This document shows positions 25,090 to 38,117 of a DNA stretch of 64,000 bases, piece by piece. Position 1 is the first letter of the stretch. Each line of letters starts with the position of its first letter. A program made the translations under genes and the position numbers. A model generated the notes under the pieces. It ran no database searches and was not told the DNA's origin. It saw only the letters and a program-made list of their open reading frames with translations. Source of the stretch: Octopus vulgaris (lineage: Eukaryota); the NCBI GenBank assembly GCA_951406725.2, contig OX597816.1, forward strand, positions 101,494,001-101,558,000, in the 5' to 3' direction.

Positions 25090-25980
25090 TTGTTCTTATT
25101 GTCCTTTTGAATTGAAAACCCTAGAATGGTTTTAACTCCTACATTTGTAGTAGCTAGGTTGTCAAGTATGGATACTGAGTTTTATGACCTTCCTCTCGAT
25201 AACCCCAACAACAGAGTTCTGATATTGTTTTGTGGTTACCGGGGGTCATAGGGAGTAATTAGGTTGTATATCCATAGTGATGCCAACTAATAACACATTG
25301 CCAATTGTTACTTCTGCCCTAACCATCTACCTATATGGTACCACAAAGATGGTTACTAACCACGGAGCGACATCGTTACTGATTTTCTTGACGACGAGTT
25401 TTGAATTCTTCCTTCGAAAATACTACGGACCAGCTTATGGGCAAGTGTATCACGTATAATCTGAGCTTGTGCTTTCTCCCAATTCCCTATTTCTAAAATG
25501 ATATGTATAATACTATATGCTCTAACTTTCCCAATAAAGGGAATTGCACTTAAAATAGCTGGCATTACTGCCACCAACTCTTCTTTAGGTGGACAAGGAA
25601 GTCCTTATTATCTTCGTAAAGCACAGGTCGGTTATTTTTCTCCTTTCGCACACCTCTCTAGTGATTGGTTCGCGCTCTTCTTGATTAAAAACAATCCTTC
25701 GAAGAATTCATTCTTGCAGCAAAATATTCCATATCAAGTGTCGTTTGTTGAAAGACATTTACGGAAAGCTGCCCGTTCTTCATATTTATGTTTGCTGTAA
25801 TGTGTGTATGTATACTGTTGCTGCTTTCGTTAAGATTTCCACGCAGTATATGTATATTCGATGTTAAAATATTAGTGTTATCTTTTCCCTCGTAGTAGTT
25901 ATTAATAATTTGTGCTACATTTAAAGTAATATTGTTTTGATTTTTTGGTGGGGTGAAGTTTTCTGTGTGAAACGTATAAT
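25090..25980 (-). mobile_element. Possible degraded Tx1-like ORF1 remnant
   Basis: Fragmentary minus-strand frames resembling the ORF1 remnants at 30450-31200 and 46850-47500; no diagnostic motif intact. Confidence 0.3.
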
Positions 25981-26279
25981 TTTTGTGTGTTTTCGGCTTT
26001 CTTTTGTGCGCATGTCGTAAAATTCCTAACCATTTTTACATGAAGGTAACATGAAAATAAGAAAAATAAATTTCAATAAAAACAAACAAATCTTATTTTT
26101 TATATTTTGTCATTTCCTTAGGTGAAATACCACGAACTTCAAAAAGTATACGAGTATTTTTGATAAATACTCAATTTCATTAAGTAAAATCCTTCTCCTC
26201 GGAAAGTGAGTTTCAAAAAGTGAGTAAACTCCTCGAAAAGTGAGTAAACAACACCTACTCTCTCCGCATGATAATGATA

Positions 26280-27450
26280 ATCCTTTGTATTATAGGTTGT
26301 ACCTATGAAATTTTGAGGGAGGGGGATAGTCGATTACATCGACCCCATTGTACTTATTTTACCGAATCCACCAGGATGAAAGGCAAAATCCGCCTCAGCA
26401 GAATTTGAACTCAGATTGACGAAATACCGCAAGCAGTTTGCTCGCCGTGCTAATGATTCTGCCAGCTCATTGCCTTACTACTACTACAACTACTACTACT
26501 ACTACTACTAACAAGAAAAAGAATAGTGACTTTATATGTAGGCCCAAGACCAGCAATTTTGAGATGAGATGACTCATCGATGTCATTGTGTCCAGTACTT
26601 GACTGATACTTTATTTTATCCACCTAGAAGAGATGAAGGATTAAAGTTGACCTCGGGAGAATTTGAATTTAGAAAGTAAAAAATCCAGAAAAGTGCCATA
26701 AGGTTTTATTTTTTACGCTCTAACAGTTCTTCCAGCATGTCTGAAGGGAAGGACCTAGTCGATGCTATTAACTTCAGTACCTGAGTGGTACCATTTTTAC
26801 CGATCCCGGAAGGGTGAAAGGTAAAGTTGACCTCTACTATCAGAACGTAAAGACGCATTTTATCGATATTCTAAGCATTCTGCCAGTCTTCCACACTAAT
26901 TATAATAATAACAACAAAAACAACAACAGTAATAATTTCTAACATAGGCACAAGATCACAAATATGGCGCTGACAGGTGATTACATGACTGGTACGTAAT
27001 TTTACAATGCCTGAAGAATCAAAAGTAAAGCCGAAAACCAGTGTGATTTGAACTCAAAATTTAATGAGTGTTGATAGTATAAGACTACAAATTTGGAAAC
27101 GAAATGCTATGGATTAAGTTGAAGCCATGTTCGTCTAGTATTCCTTTCACTGACCCTAGGAACGAAAAACAATCCAAGCAGGACTGAGTTCAGAGATTAC
27201 AAACAAAGTACTGTCAATCATTGTGTCCAACACTCTTCAAGCGACCAACAGCAATAATAATTTTTACACAGAGAAAAGCCTACAAAGTGGACGAGAGGAG
27301 GAACTGTTGATTCAATCAACGCCACTACTTCACTCGTACATTATTTCATCAATGCCAGAAGAATGAAAAGCAAAGCTGATCTTGATGGGATTTGAACTCA
27401 GAAAGTAAACAGACGGAGGAAATATCACAAAGAATTATGTTCAGCGTTTT
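26280..27450 (-). mobile_element. Tandem cluster of about 6 degraded family-B SINE units
   Basis: Repeated gatgaaaggcaaagt..gaatttgaactcaga units every 170-250 bp, separated by short AAT/AAC/TAC tracts. Confidence 0.7.
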
Positions 27451-29835
27451 TCTCTCGTCCAACAGCAAAAACAAATTTTAAAAAAATAAGACTTATTTTA
27501 TTGCCACAAACAACAGCACTAATAACAATATAACATCAGTAATATGGTATAATAATGGCGGTAATGACGTCAATAAAATACCTGAAATTTCATGTAAAAA
27601 CATTTATGAGTAACATTGAGTGAATAGTTTATATTGTACAACTTTTAGAACTTTTGGCACCTGGTTGGCTGGCTTGAATTAGCAATTGTGTTATTTGCCG
27701 TCATTGACTGAACTGACGAGTTGTTTCTAACTGGAACAGACCAAAGAGCATTGTGGCATTTCCACTTGATTGGTTCTACCGTCTGAAGTATTGTAATTAC
27801 TGTCATTTAATTGGTTTACTTGAAAGAGAGTTATATTGTTGTCATGCAATTGGTTAAACATACAGAGGTTGCAGTGTTGTTACCTGAGCGATTGTTTGAA
27901 TGAAAAGGAACTACGTTCATAGCATGTGTACACAAAATGTACACAATGGTATTTCCTAATGGAGAATAATGAACAGTAGAGATAGCTATGGAAGTTGAAA
28001 GCCGTTCTGCATGCATAATGCATAATTGAAACATATTGAATTGTAGATCACTCTTGATTATTCAATCCACACTGCTTTGCAAGAAGCATTGAAATAGTAC
28101 AGGCTAAATTAGTAAACCTTAAAAGAATACCAGAACTAAAGACGAGCAGGTAGTCTGACAACTTATGTAACTTCAACTCATCACCAAATATTTTGCATTT
28201 CACTCACACTTGGAATCGCGATTAATAAAGTGATGAAAGAGAATCTACAATGATGGTGACTTAAGGTATTCATAACTCTATTCTAAACTCAAACTTTAAG
28301 AAGATACGTTCTTCTATTACATTGTTGTTGTTATTGTTTAACCCAAGCTAGCACTGATCAATCAGACGTACGGTCAAAGCGTTCCAGCAATGACCATCCC
28401 ATCCCATATCATTTTTAATGTGCCCCTTTTCAGATCGTAAGATGAGGTTTGAAGGTAATTTAACTAATATTTTTAGCAGGATGAGATAACATATAGAGAC
28501 TGCTTTTCTCTAGGGTCTGTTAACGCTGGCAGTATCAAAAAAAGTTTGTGACCAACGAGGAACCCTCTAAGTAGTCGCCCGACATAGCTGAAATTGCAAC
28601 CAAATCTCTCAAAAGTTCACCCTCCCATCACAAAAAACACATTGGATAATATAATCCCATGTAAATTATACTAGTAATAAACATGGGATGGCCAGGCTGG
28701 AATACCCTTCAATTCTACTCGATTGACCAGGAGCTAAATAAGAGCAGTATCAGCTATGTGCTCAAATTGTACCAAAGACATTTTTACCTTCCATCGCGCC
28801 AAAATCAACAAAAGCAATATCAGTATTATACTACTTAGATTTTATCAACAATATCCTTTCTAATAAGTCATATATTCGCTTTATAGTACAAGCTACTGAT
28901 TTCAATTTGCAGATAGAGCTAATTCACATCACTAGGCCAGTAATGTTTCTTGACAAAAATATGTCACATCATCCTAAGTATGAAATAAACAATATCAACG
29001 GTAAAATTTGTTGTGTTGTGCCAAGTAAAATAAAATTATGTCGACACTATATAGAAAGACATTATCTTACTGTGAGAAAAATGATGGCAATACAGTTTCC
29101 TTTGTCACCTGAAATCATTTAATCTTATCTATTGTAGAGAAAATGCTGACTAAATACGGTGTGCATTTAGAACTAACGCCTTAGTTCACTTTACTATTTG
29201 CAACAAATATTAGTTACTCTGGAAATGTTGCTTGAGTTACATAGATATCAAATCTGGAGAAATATTTATCCTTTGTCTTTATGTAAATAAACTGATTCTA
29301 ATACAAACCATCCAAAGTTCTCATGCAAGCCATAGAAATATAAACGCTAAACATTTACGTTTTCTTTGTAGGTTTCAACCCACGTTACTAAAATCCATTA
29401 ATCAAAATACATAGTAGTTTGCCCATTTTTCTTTTCTTCATGTGTGGTTAAATTGGAAGGTGACTGCCGTTAGAACAAAAAGAAAGCTTCCGATCACACC
29501 AGATTGTGACAGAGTTTCAATTCCTGAGTCAACAACATATACAATGCTGATGCCTTTTGTGAAACATTTAAGCACAATAACTTACCATTTCATTTTATCG
29601 TCTCTAAAAATAACAAACTTCATGCGATTCTAATAGTAATTAATTCTGGTATAGGTACAACGTTAATTGAAACACGGCTAGTATTTACTCTATCAACATT
29701 ATTAGTATGTAACAGTAGCTTTGACATCAGCAGGGTTTGAAATCAGAACTATGAAGATCAGCACTAAATATGGAAAACTCGAACCGTTTTATCACTCTTA
29801 TTCTATTTCTGCGTTATGAGTATGGTTGTTAAATG

Positions 29836-29930
29836 TTATATATTAGCGCTTGTATATCTGGCGAATAACGCCGTAGGTAAAATTATGAATATCGTAGCAG
29901 TTGCGGTATAAGATGGATAGCGGTGATGTT
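29836..29930 (-). other. Candidate 3'-terminal exon, copy 1 (duplicated at 34325-34422)
   Basis: Strong acceptor ttttcctcattctaatttag; frames read HHRYPSYTATATIFIILPTALFARYTSANI* or TSPLSILYRNCYDIHNFTYGVIRQIYKR*. Confidence 0.35.
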
Positions 29931-30254
29931 CTAAATTAGAATGAGGAAAACGTTTATTTCTTTGTAATGAACACAATGCCATAAATTTAATGTTGATTAC
30001 GTAAACTCCAGAAGGAAAAAAGTAAGGTAAAAAGCGATCTCAGCAGTATTTGAACTCGAGACGTAAAGATCCCTAACTAAATTCTACACGAGAATTTTTC
30101 GATGTTCTGACAATTCTTCCAATCAACTTCTGTCAAATCTTATGAGTTCGTTATTTAGTTAAGTAAATATTAAGTAAGGCAGCGAGCTGACAGAAACGTT
30201 AGCACGCCGGACGAAATGCTTAGCAGCAATAAAGAGATAAGAAACGTTAGCACG

Positions 30255-33200
30255 CTGCGGTTAATTTGTCTTTGCGAGAATTTGGTTAGTAATTGTTATT
30301 ATTATTTATTGTTATTGTTGCCATTTATTGTTAAATTTTTCAAATGATTTTGGGAAAAAATATTTTGGAAAATATTTATTTTTGTGAAAATGAATTCGGT
30401 GGACAAGTCTTCTAACCCTGACCAAGCTAACCAAAGAGTAACTGTAAACAAGACAAAATGAACGAAAATGTGAACGAAAGCTGCATAAATACAGTAAACA
30501 GAAAAAGGAACCAAGAAGGAAAAATAAATGCTGAAAACAATAAAATGAATAGCGGAAAAGTAGACCCAACAGAAGACAACCAAAAGACGGCCGGTGTGAG
30601 AAAAGATAAATTAAACATAGAGCTAGATTTCACTGCGGCAACACAGAGGTATGTTCGAAAAGGAAGGTTTTGATGTTAAAGCCACCCTTCCTAACGAACT
30701 CATCGAAGAAACAAAGAGGAAAATAATAACATATAAGACAATGATAAATAAAAGGCAAGAAAATAGACGAGGCATCCAAAGAACAAATCGAGAAGTGACT
30801 ACAACCCATCTAGCAAGACATGGAGTTCTTGACCAGAGGGAGAAGATACGCCACAGTAGTGGTGTACTTTAAAAATGAGAAATGGCTATAAAACACTCGC
30901 TTCGACTGATAAAAACCAATGAGGAAATCCCACCAGAAATAAATATTATCTGGATTATCTCAGCCCTTCTAATGGGGCTTGAGGATAAAATCAAGATGAT
31001 TGAAGCTTCCAGAATACAACAACAGAACTGGCGGGGCCAAGGGCTTGAGATCATAATCCAGCCCCCTCTCCCCGCCGATATTAGAAGAAATTGCTGAGAA
31101 CATCCACATCGGAGAAGAAACCACCATGCGGGTAATAGAGGAGGGCAGGAAACCCAGATGCTACGAATGTGGTAAACTGCCCCGCCTACAAAGAGAAAGA
31201 AAAAGAGGAAAAAAGAAAAAAGAACAAAACCAAAAGACCGACCAGCAGAACCCCGGAACTGATGGTGTTCAACAAGCCGGAAAAAAGACGGCTGGTCGGT
31301 AATAAGAACCAAAAAAAGGAAAAATAATAACAACAACCAATCCAACCCTACAACAGCCAAAAGAAAAACTCATGACACTCAAAGAAAAATTACCCCACCC
31401 CACCGCTATTCCCCCCAAAAGTCAACAATATAAGATTCCTCCCCATCCTATTCCCCCCTCGGTGATGAGTCCCTCCCTTGCCCCTCTAGTTCGGATTTCC
31501 CCCCTCTCCCAGACATCACCCCTCACCCGCCAAGCCCAGGCAATCTGTCCCCGATATCAAGTCCAAGACAATCTAACGAATATAAGGAAATACTGACAGC
31601 AATAAACAATGATAACGAACAATTAAAAAAAAGGTTAAAGCAAATACCAACGGTGTCAATTTACAAACATCATTATAAGAAAATATTGCCATTTACAAAA
31701 TAGATAAAAAGAACTATAACATCTTTAAAAACTACCACCCAGCTGATATGGGTCCTACAAGACTTGATTTTAACAAGTCGATGTACGAGGACCTATGTCA
31801 GAATATTACCCCCACGAACCTGTGAAAAAGAGAGTGCTACTGACTAAGGTAAATCCATGTCAAGCATTCACGTTGAATGTATAAATGTGCGTGGCCTGAC
31901 GTCTAGTTGGAAGCAAGGACGCCTCCTAAATGACGTCAGGTCACGGGATTTAGATGTTGTTGTTGCTACAGAATCCCAGTTGAAGAGGCCAAGAGATCTG
32001 CTCCAGCTGCTTGACGACTACGAGAGTTTCACCTCTCCATTCTGTCCTCATAGCGGGAGCGGGGAGTTGGTCCTATTAAAAAGAAACCGGGTTTCTGAGA
32101 AAAAGTTGATTTTTGCAGACCCAGAAGGTAGGCTGGTTGTCATTGACTTGACGTTCAGCCGTTGTAAGACTATCAGACTGGTGGCAGTTTATGCACCTCA
32201 TGATACGGGGCAAACTAAGTATTATCAGAACCTGGAGAAGTTTCTTGGTACATTACATCCCTTAGTTGTGCTAGGAGACTATAACACAATCTGCGATGCT
32301 CGCATAGATTATGTTGGCTCGTGCGTTAATAGAAGTAATGTTTGCTTCCAGGATCTACTAAGACGTTTTGAGCTGGTAGATTCATACAGACTGGAATTTC
32401 CGAATGCTCCATTGTGGGCATGGGCAAATAGCGAGGATCTTCCAGGTCTTATCTAGATAGAGTATTAATTAGAAAAGTAGATAAGAAGATAGCTAGGTGT
32501 CCACAGTTTTACATGGTCAGCTACAGTGATCACAAGATGGTCACCTGTAAGCTCGACATAGATAAGTTATATAGAGGTCCCGGCTACTGGAAATTTAATA
32601 CGTCCCTTTTGGCGATTAAGGAGTACAGAGACCGGATTCAGATGTTAATTCAGAGGGCATTAACCGGATCCATTATTAACAACAAATGGTGGTAAGATCA
32701 CAAGCGAGCCATTAAATATGAGTCTATTAGATATAGCATAGGTTTAGTGGCTAGAAAGGCTAGAAGGGAATCAGCTCTAGTTAAGGACTTAGAGGAAGCA
32801 ATGCGAACTGGCTCTGCGACTCAGGTGAAGGTCAAGAGACTGGTGTTAAACCAGCACCTCGAAGACAAACACTTGGGTTGCATTGTCAAGGCTAGACAAC
32901 ATGCAATGGGTTGTGAAGGAATCAATGCTGCGGGATGGGCCCAAGTAGTGGAAGCCCAATGTGGAAATGATGCCACATTTCGATCTTTGACGAACCGGCA
33001 AGGTACGTTGATAGACGAACCCGAGATGTGTCAGTTCTTCCAAGACCACTTCGCCCAGCTTTTCGGAGGGGACGGTTGGCCGGAGTGTAGGAAGGTCGTA
33101 ATGGACTTCCTCACCGGGCTGCTGCGCCTCTATGGGCAGGATGCGAGGTGTAGTGAGAGGCCGATCACGCCTGAGGAGGTAAAAGAGGCCACGGCGGACT

Positions 33201-33704
33201 GCGACATGGGTAAGGCACCAGTGCTGGATGGTCTACCCTACGAGCTGTATAAGAGTATGTCGGACATGTTCGGACACCTATTAGCGAGTGTCTACGCGAA
33301 CTGGCAACAGAATGGGATCATTCTCAGATCTGTATGCCGGGGAGTGGTGACGCTCGTCAGAAGGACACGAACAAGGGGGATATCATTGATAATTTTAGGT
33401 CCATCACTCTGCTCAACGCAGAGCTGAAGATTTTGGCCAAAGTGTTATCGAAAAGATTGGCGTGTGTCGTGGATGGGCTGATCGGGGGAGCACAGACATG
33501 TGCCATCCCCGGCAGATCCTTTCAGGATATTCTCCATCTTACACGATACACTATAGAGGGAATTAATAACGATTCCGGCAAAGGAGGGGCAGTGGTCCAT
33601 ATAGACTAACCAAAAGCTTTTGATAGGGTCGACCATCACTACCTGGTGTCCATTCTGGCACAGTTCGGCCTGGGTCTTGGCTTCCTCAGATGGATCATGT
33701 CTGT
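30255..33704 (+). mobile_element. Tx1/L1-clade non-LTR retrotransposon (ORF1 remnant plus ORF2 APE endonuclease and partial RT), 3'-truncated
   Basis: ORF2 from 31857: INVRGL, DVVVATES, VAVYAP, LGDYN, SDHKMV, GPGYWKFNTSLL, KAPVLDGLPYELY, NFRSITLLNAELKILAKVL, ID*PKAFDRVDH; stops and frameshifts. Confidence 0.92.
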
Positions 33705-33800
33705 AGAGTGTTCAGCCACTTGCACATTAATTTCACGAGCAGGTTGTTCCGTTGATCGGATCAACTGCAACCCTCGTTATCATAACCGGCGGAGTGCCCA
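33705..33800 (+). mobile_element. SINE 3' tail fragment
   Basis: Matches the reverse complement of 7215-7310. Confidence 0.8.
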
Positions 33801-34324
33801 GTTTTAGTGCTTTCATTGGTCATAAGAGTTTTCTCTCTTCCACCAGCTTAATTACCCATACATTCATACATATATACATTTACCATTACAGCCAGTTTGT
33901 TGCATTTCGTAATTATTTAGAACGCAGATATCTATAAACATACACATCTACACACACACACATACCTTTAGACCAACCTTTATATCACTCATGTACAGAC
34001 TTCCATACATATCTTTAAATACATACATGTGTACATACCATTATTCACATATTTGTATGTATAGTTATATACGCATATCTTTATGCATACCATCATGGGG
34101 TATTTAAGTATAGTTAGAATTAACCTAAACGATATATGTAACTATAGATAAGCATCCCGGTAACTATTAAAAATGCTAAGACATAACTTAACATCTGACT
34201 TGTGTGGGAGGTTACGTTAGATATTCTGTGGTTGTGTCAGTAGATGTGTTTATGTGTATGTGAGGGTATGTAAATGTGCGTATGTGTGTATGTATGTATG
34301 CGTTATGAGTGTGGTTGTTAAATG

Positions 34325-34422
34325 TTATGTATTAGCGCTTGTATATCTGGCGAATAACGCCGTAGGTAAAATGATGAATATCGTAGCGGTTTAGGTGTAA
34401 GGATGGAGAGAGCGGTGATGTT
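34325..34422 (-). other. Candidate 3'-terminal exon, copy 2
   Basis: Acceptor ttttcttcattccaatttag; frame TSPLSPSLHLNRYDIHHFTYGVIRQIYKR* is open; net 3-nt indel relative to copy 1. Confidence 0.35.
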
Positions 34423-35061
34423 CTAAATTGGAATGAAGAAAACATGTTTAAGGCGAATCGTTTAATGACTTCATGCTTTATCACTTCAATTTACATATTT
34501 CTTTGTAAGATGAAACTGTTTCCGTATGGAGCATATTGGCTTGGAGGAGGGGTAGAAGCATGCCATTCTAAAAATATCTTCAATATATCATTAAGTGCGG
34601 AGCCGGTGAAAATGACGTATTCTTCTTGATGCTGAGGAATGGTATAGTTAACTACACTTTAGAGATCTATAATATCTTTCTGTATTATATTTTGTTATAT
34701 TATTTCGTTTGTATAAAGGCTGTGCTGATGACTGAGACAGTCAAGTTATCATCAGACTGAATGACTTAAAGAATTCAGCTTCGTTCTTTCTAAGGTCTAA
34801 ATTTCTGAATTAACTTTTTCGGGGTTTTTTTCTGTTTTTTGTTGTTGTTTTTTTTTTTCTTAGACTATAGACAGTTGATCCTATTGCGCTTACATGCCAG
34901 TGTTTTTATTTATTTTAAAACTTCAAATATCGAGGCCGACATGTGAACTTCAGCTTGTTATCTCAGCAATAGAAACGAAGTGGTCGGTCCAAGAGGCCTA
35001 GCACAAGAAATCTGGAACAATTGATCTAGTGACGATCTGCTGCGATTAAATGATCTGTCAA

Positions 35062-35462
35062 AAGGCGGTGAGCTGGTAGAAACGTTATCACGCCGGGCGA
35101 AATGCTTAACAGTATTTCATCTGTCTTAACGTTCTGAGTTCGAATTCCGCCGATGTCGACTTTGCTTTTCATCCTTTCGGGGTCGATAAATTAAGTACCA
35201 GTTACGCACTGGGGTCGATGTAATCGACTTAATCCCTTTGTCTGTCCTTGTTTGTCCCCTCTGTGTTTAGCCCCTTGTGGGTAGTAAAGAAATAAGTATT
35301 TCATCTGACTTTACGTTCTGAGTTCAAATTCTGCCGCGGTCGACCTTGCCTTTCATCCTTTCGGGGTCGATAAATTAAGTACCAGTTACGTACTGGGGTA
35401 GATTTAATCGACAGGCCCCCACCCCCAAAAAGTTTCGGGCCTTGTGCCAAGAGTAGAAAAGA
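35062..35462 (+). mobile_element. Well-preserved dimeric family-B SINE
   Basis: ggcggtgagctggtagaaacg head, two core units, tail ccccaaaaagtttcgggccttgtgcc..agtagaaaag. Confidence 0.9.
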
Positions 35463-35611
35463 TTAAATGGTCTGTCATGTGAGTTGTTTTCGTAAATGCC
35501 GGATTTTTCCCTTTTGACTCCAAGCGTTATCAATTCAGTGAACCTAGGAATAATTTGTTGAGAAATGATACAAGTAAAGGGAACATTCTTGACGGTTTTA
35601 GGTCAAATATA

Positions 35612-35817
35612 TGAGGGGTGCTGAAAATTTCCTGGCTTTAAGGGTGTCGCGAAAGAGATCCAACCTTCCGAGTTCTTTTACAGGACTTAGAAAAACTGAA
35701 GGACCGCTGCAATAAGTGTATGAATTTGAGAGGGAAATATGTTAAATAAAATCATAATTAACTGACCCTCCAGTATTTTATTTTACCCAAAGCCAGGAGC
35801 TTTTCAGCACCACCTCG
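35612..35817 (+). mobile_element. Mariner-derived MITE (same family as 20710-20922)
   Basis: TIRs GAGGGGTGCTGAAAATTTCCTGGCTTT / AAAGCCAGGAGCTTTTCAGCACCACCTCG with TA on both sides. Confidence 0.9.
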
Positions 35818-37523
35818 TATACTCTCATGACAACCTTTACTTGTTAAGTGATATTCTTAGCTTTTTCCATCAATTCACAGGGTCATTAGCATAGCAAAAT
35901 ACGTAAAAAAATGTAAGACTAAACATTAGCCCCAATGGTTTTCAATGGGAACTTTGTATTGTATATAACTTTCTATATCTCAGTCATTTTACTCCGCTAA
36001 AGGATTTCTTTCTCTACAGCAGACAGGTATGTCAGACATCTGATATACGAGGACTAACTTTTGTTATCATAACAAACAGACTACGTAGTAGCACACCATA
36101 GAATATATGAATTAATTCTGTATTGAAATACATATTTAGTATTTCTCTGGTTTAGGCGATCATATATTCTGTCTACACCAAATCTGAGTGCGAGTCATCT
36201 ACGTCTAAATTGTAGTACTTTAGTTTTCAAACCAACTCCATAGGTGATGTGTTACGTAAATATTAACCATGTTATTGTATATCTTGTACTTCTTAGCATT
36301 TCCCACCTCAGCAGAGCAATGATTTTGGTGAGTTTGAAAACTTGAGTGGAACCTTCTTAAACTATTTGTTGATGTTGAGTATATTAAAGCATCCACATAT
36401 GCTGGTGCTTAATGCTTGATTAGTTGTCTTATGCATGACGTTTCTAAAAACTTGCCATCTGCCTTGATCTCTTAATTAGCATATATTATATTACATTTCC
36501 GTCTATATGCAATAGCTAATCTATACTCTACCAACATGCCAAAGACCACTATGGAGGCAACTTGGGTCAACTTGACATCCGCAAATTATCCAAGCACCCA
36601 AAAGACCCAACACTCAGACAAATACTGGAGTACGGCCTTATAAATGAAACCTCCCCAATACTAAATAGGAAATATACATAGTATATATAATACATCCATA
36701 CCCACAGTTTACACAGGTAGAGTGGAACAGTTAGTGGACTGTTATGTAGATTTATGTAGATAGATGTATGTATGTGTGTGTGGGGGGTGAGTGTGTGTGT
36801 ATTCACATGTATTTTTTTTTTTGTATGTAAGCATATGGATATAAAAATAAACAGATGAACATACAGACGGATAGGTACATAGGTTATAAGAACAGACAAG
36901 CACACATACGCAAATGGAGATTGACACACATTATCATATATACACACACACACTTTACTCCACACAAGGACACATATGGAGACACGGATCCACACATATA
37001 GAGATGCATGTCCATCCATACATACAAACGTGGTACATAATTGCATAACACACACACACACACACACACACACATGCACACAAAGAAAACAGAGGAGCAT
37101 ACATATACAAAAACACGCTCACACACACACATACATAGAAAATACACAAACACGGACATGAATATACAGGATACATACATACAGGTTCATACATAAACAT
37201 GCATACATACATACACACATACATACATGCATGCATCGACACACACACACTAACCCACACACATGCGCACAAACAAACAAAAAAGGAACGCTGTGTAAAT
37301 AACGGACAGAGTCAAGACAATTGAAAAGGTTGCAAGATGCAACGAAAATTTTAGGAAACTATAAATAAGAAATAAGTGGAAATTTTACCGGTGTGTGTGT
37401 TACATTATAAGGCACAAAAAGAAAATGACTCTCCACAGACACATCAGAATATGTTTCAACACACGAACTCATATAAAGAATCTTGCAAACCAAATCCAAA
37501 CGAAATATATGTATATATACATA

Positions 37524-37754
37524 TTCTTTTATTCTTTTATTTGTTTCAGTCATTTGACTGCGGCCATGCTGGAGCACCACCTTTAGTCGAACAAATCGAC
37601 ACCAGGACTTATTCTTTGTAAGCCTAGTACTTATTTTATCGGGCACTCTTGCCGAACTGCTAAGCGACGGGTACCTAAACACACCAGCATCAGTTGTCAA
37701 GCGATGTTGGTGGGTAACAAAGACAGACACACAAACATGTACATACATATATAC

Positions 37755-37789
<35 letters not shown>

Positions 37790-37945
37790 GACGGGCTTCT
37801 TTCAGTATCCGTCAACCAAGTCCATTCACAACACTTTGGTGAGCCCGAGGCTATAGTAGAAGATACTTGCCCAAGGTGCCAAGCGGTGGGACTGAACCCA
37901 GAACCATGTGGTTGGTAAGCAAGCTACTTACCACACAGCCACTCC
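37524..37945 (-). mobile_element. Full-length family-A SINE (CORE-like, internal TA microsatellite)
   Basis: Reverse complement of the 50378-50782 type sequence. Confidence 0.9.
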
Positions 37946-37974
37946 ATAAATATGTTAAATATACATACATTAAC

Positions 37975-38005
<31 letters not shown>

Positions 38006-38117
38006 GTATGTATATATGTATGTGTGTATGTATGTATGTATGTGTGTATGTATAAATATATATAAATAAATATGGATACATATATATAAAGATAAATATA
38101 TATATATATATATATTT

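Noticed and set aside
26280-27450. CRISPR-like array
   Set aside because: Eukaryotic context; the units are long, divergent SINE copies and there are no cas genes
33705-33800. SINE tail as the natural 3' end of the Tx1 element (shared-tail partnership)
   Set aside because: The RT breaks off mid-domain, and the other Tx1-like 3' end (48110-48190) is unrelated to this tail; truncation plus a SINE fragment is simpler
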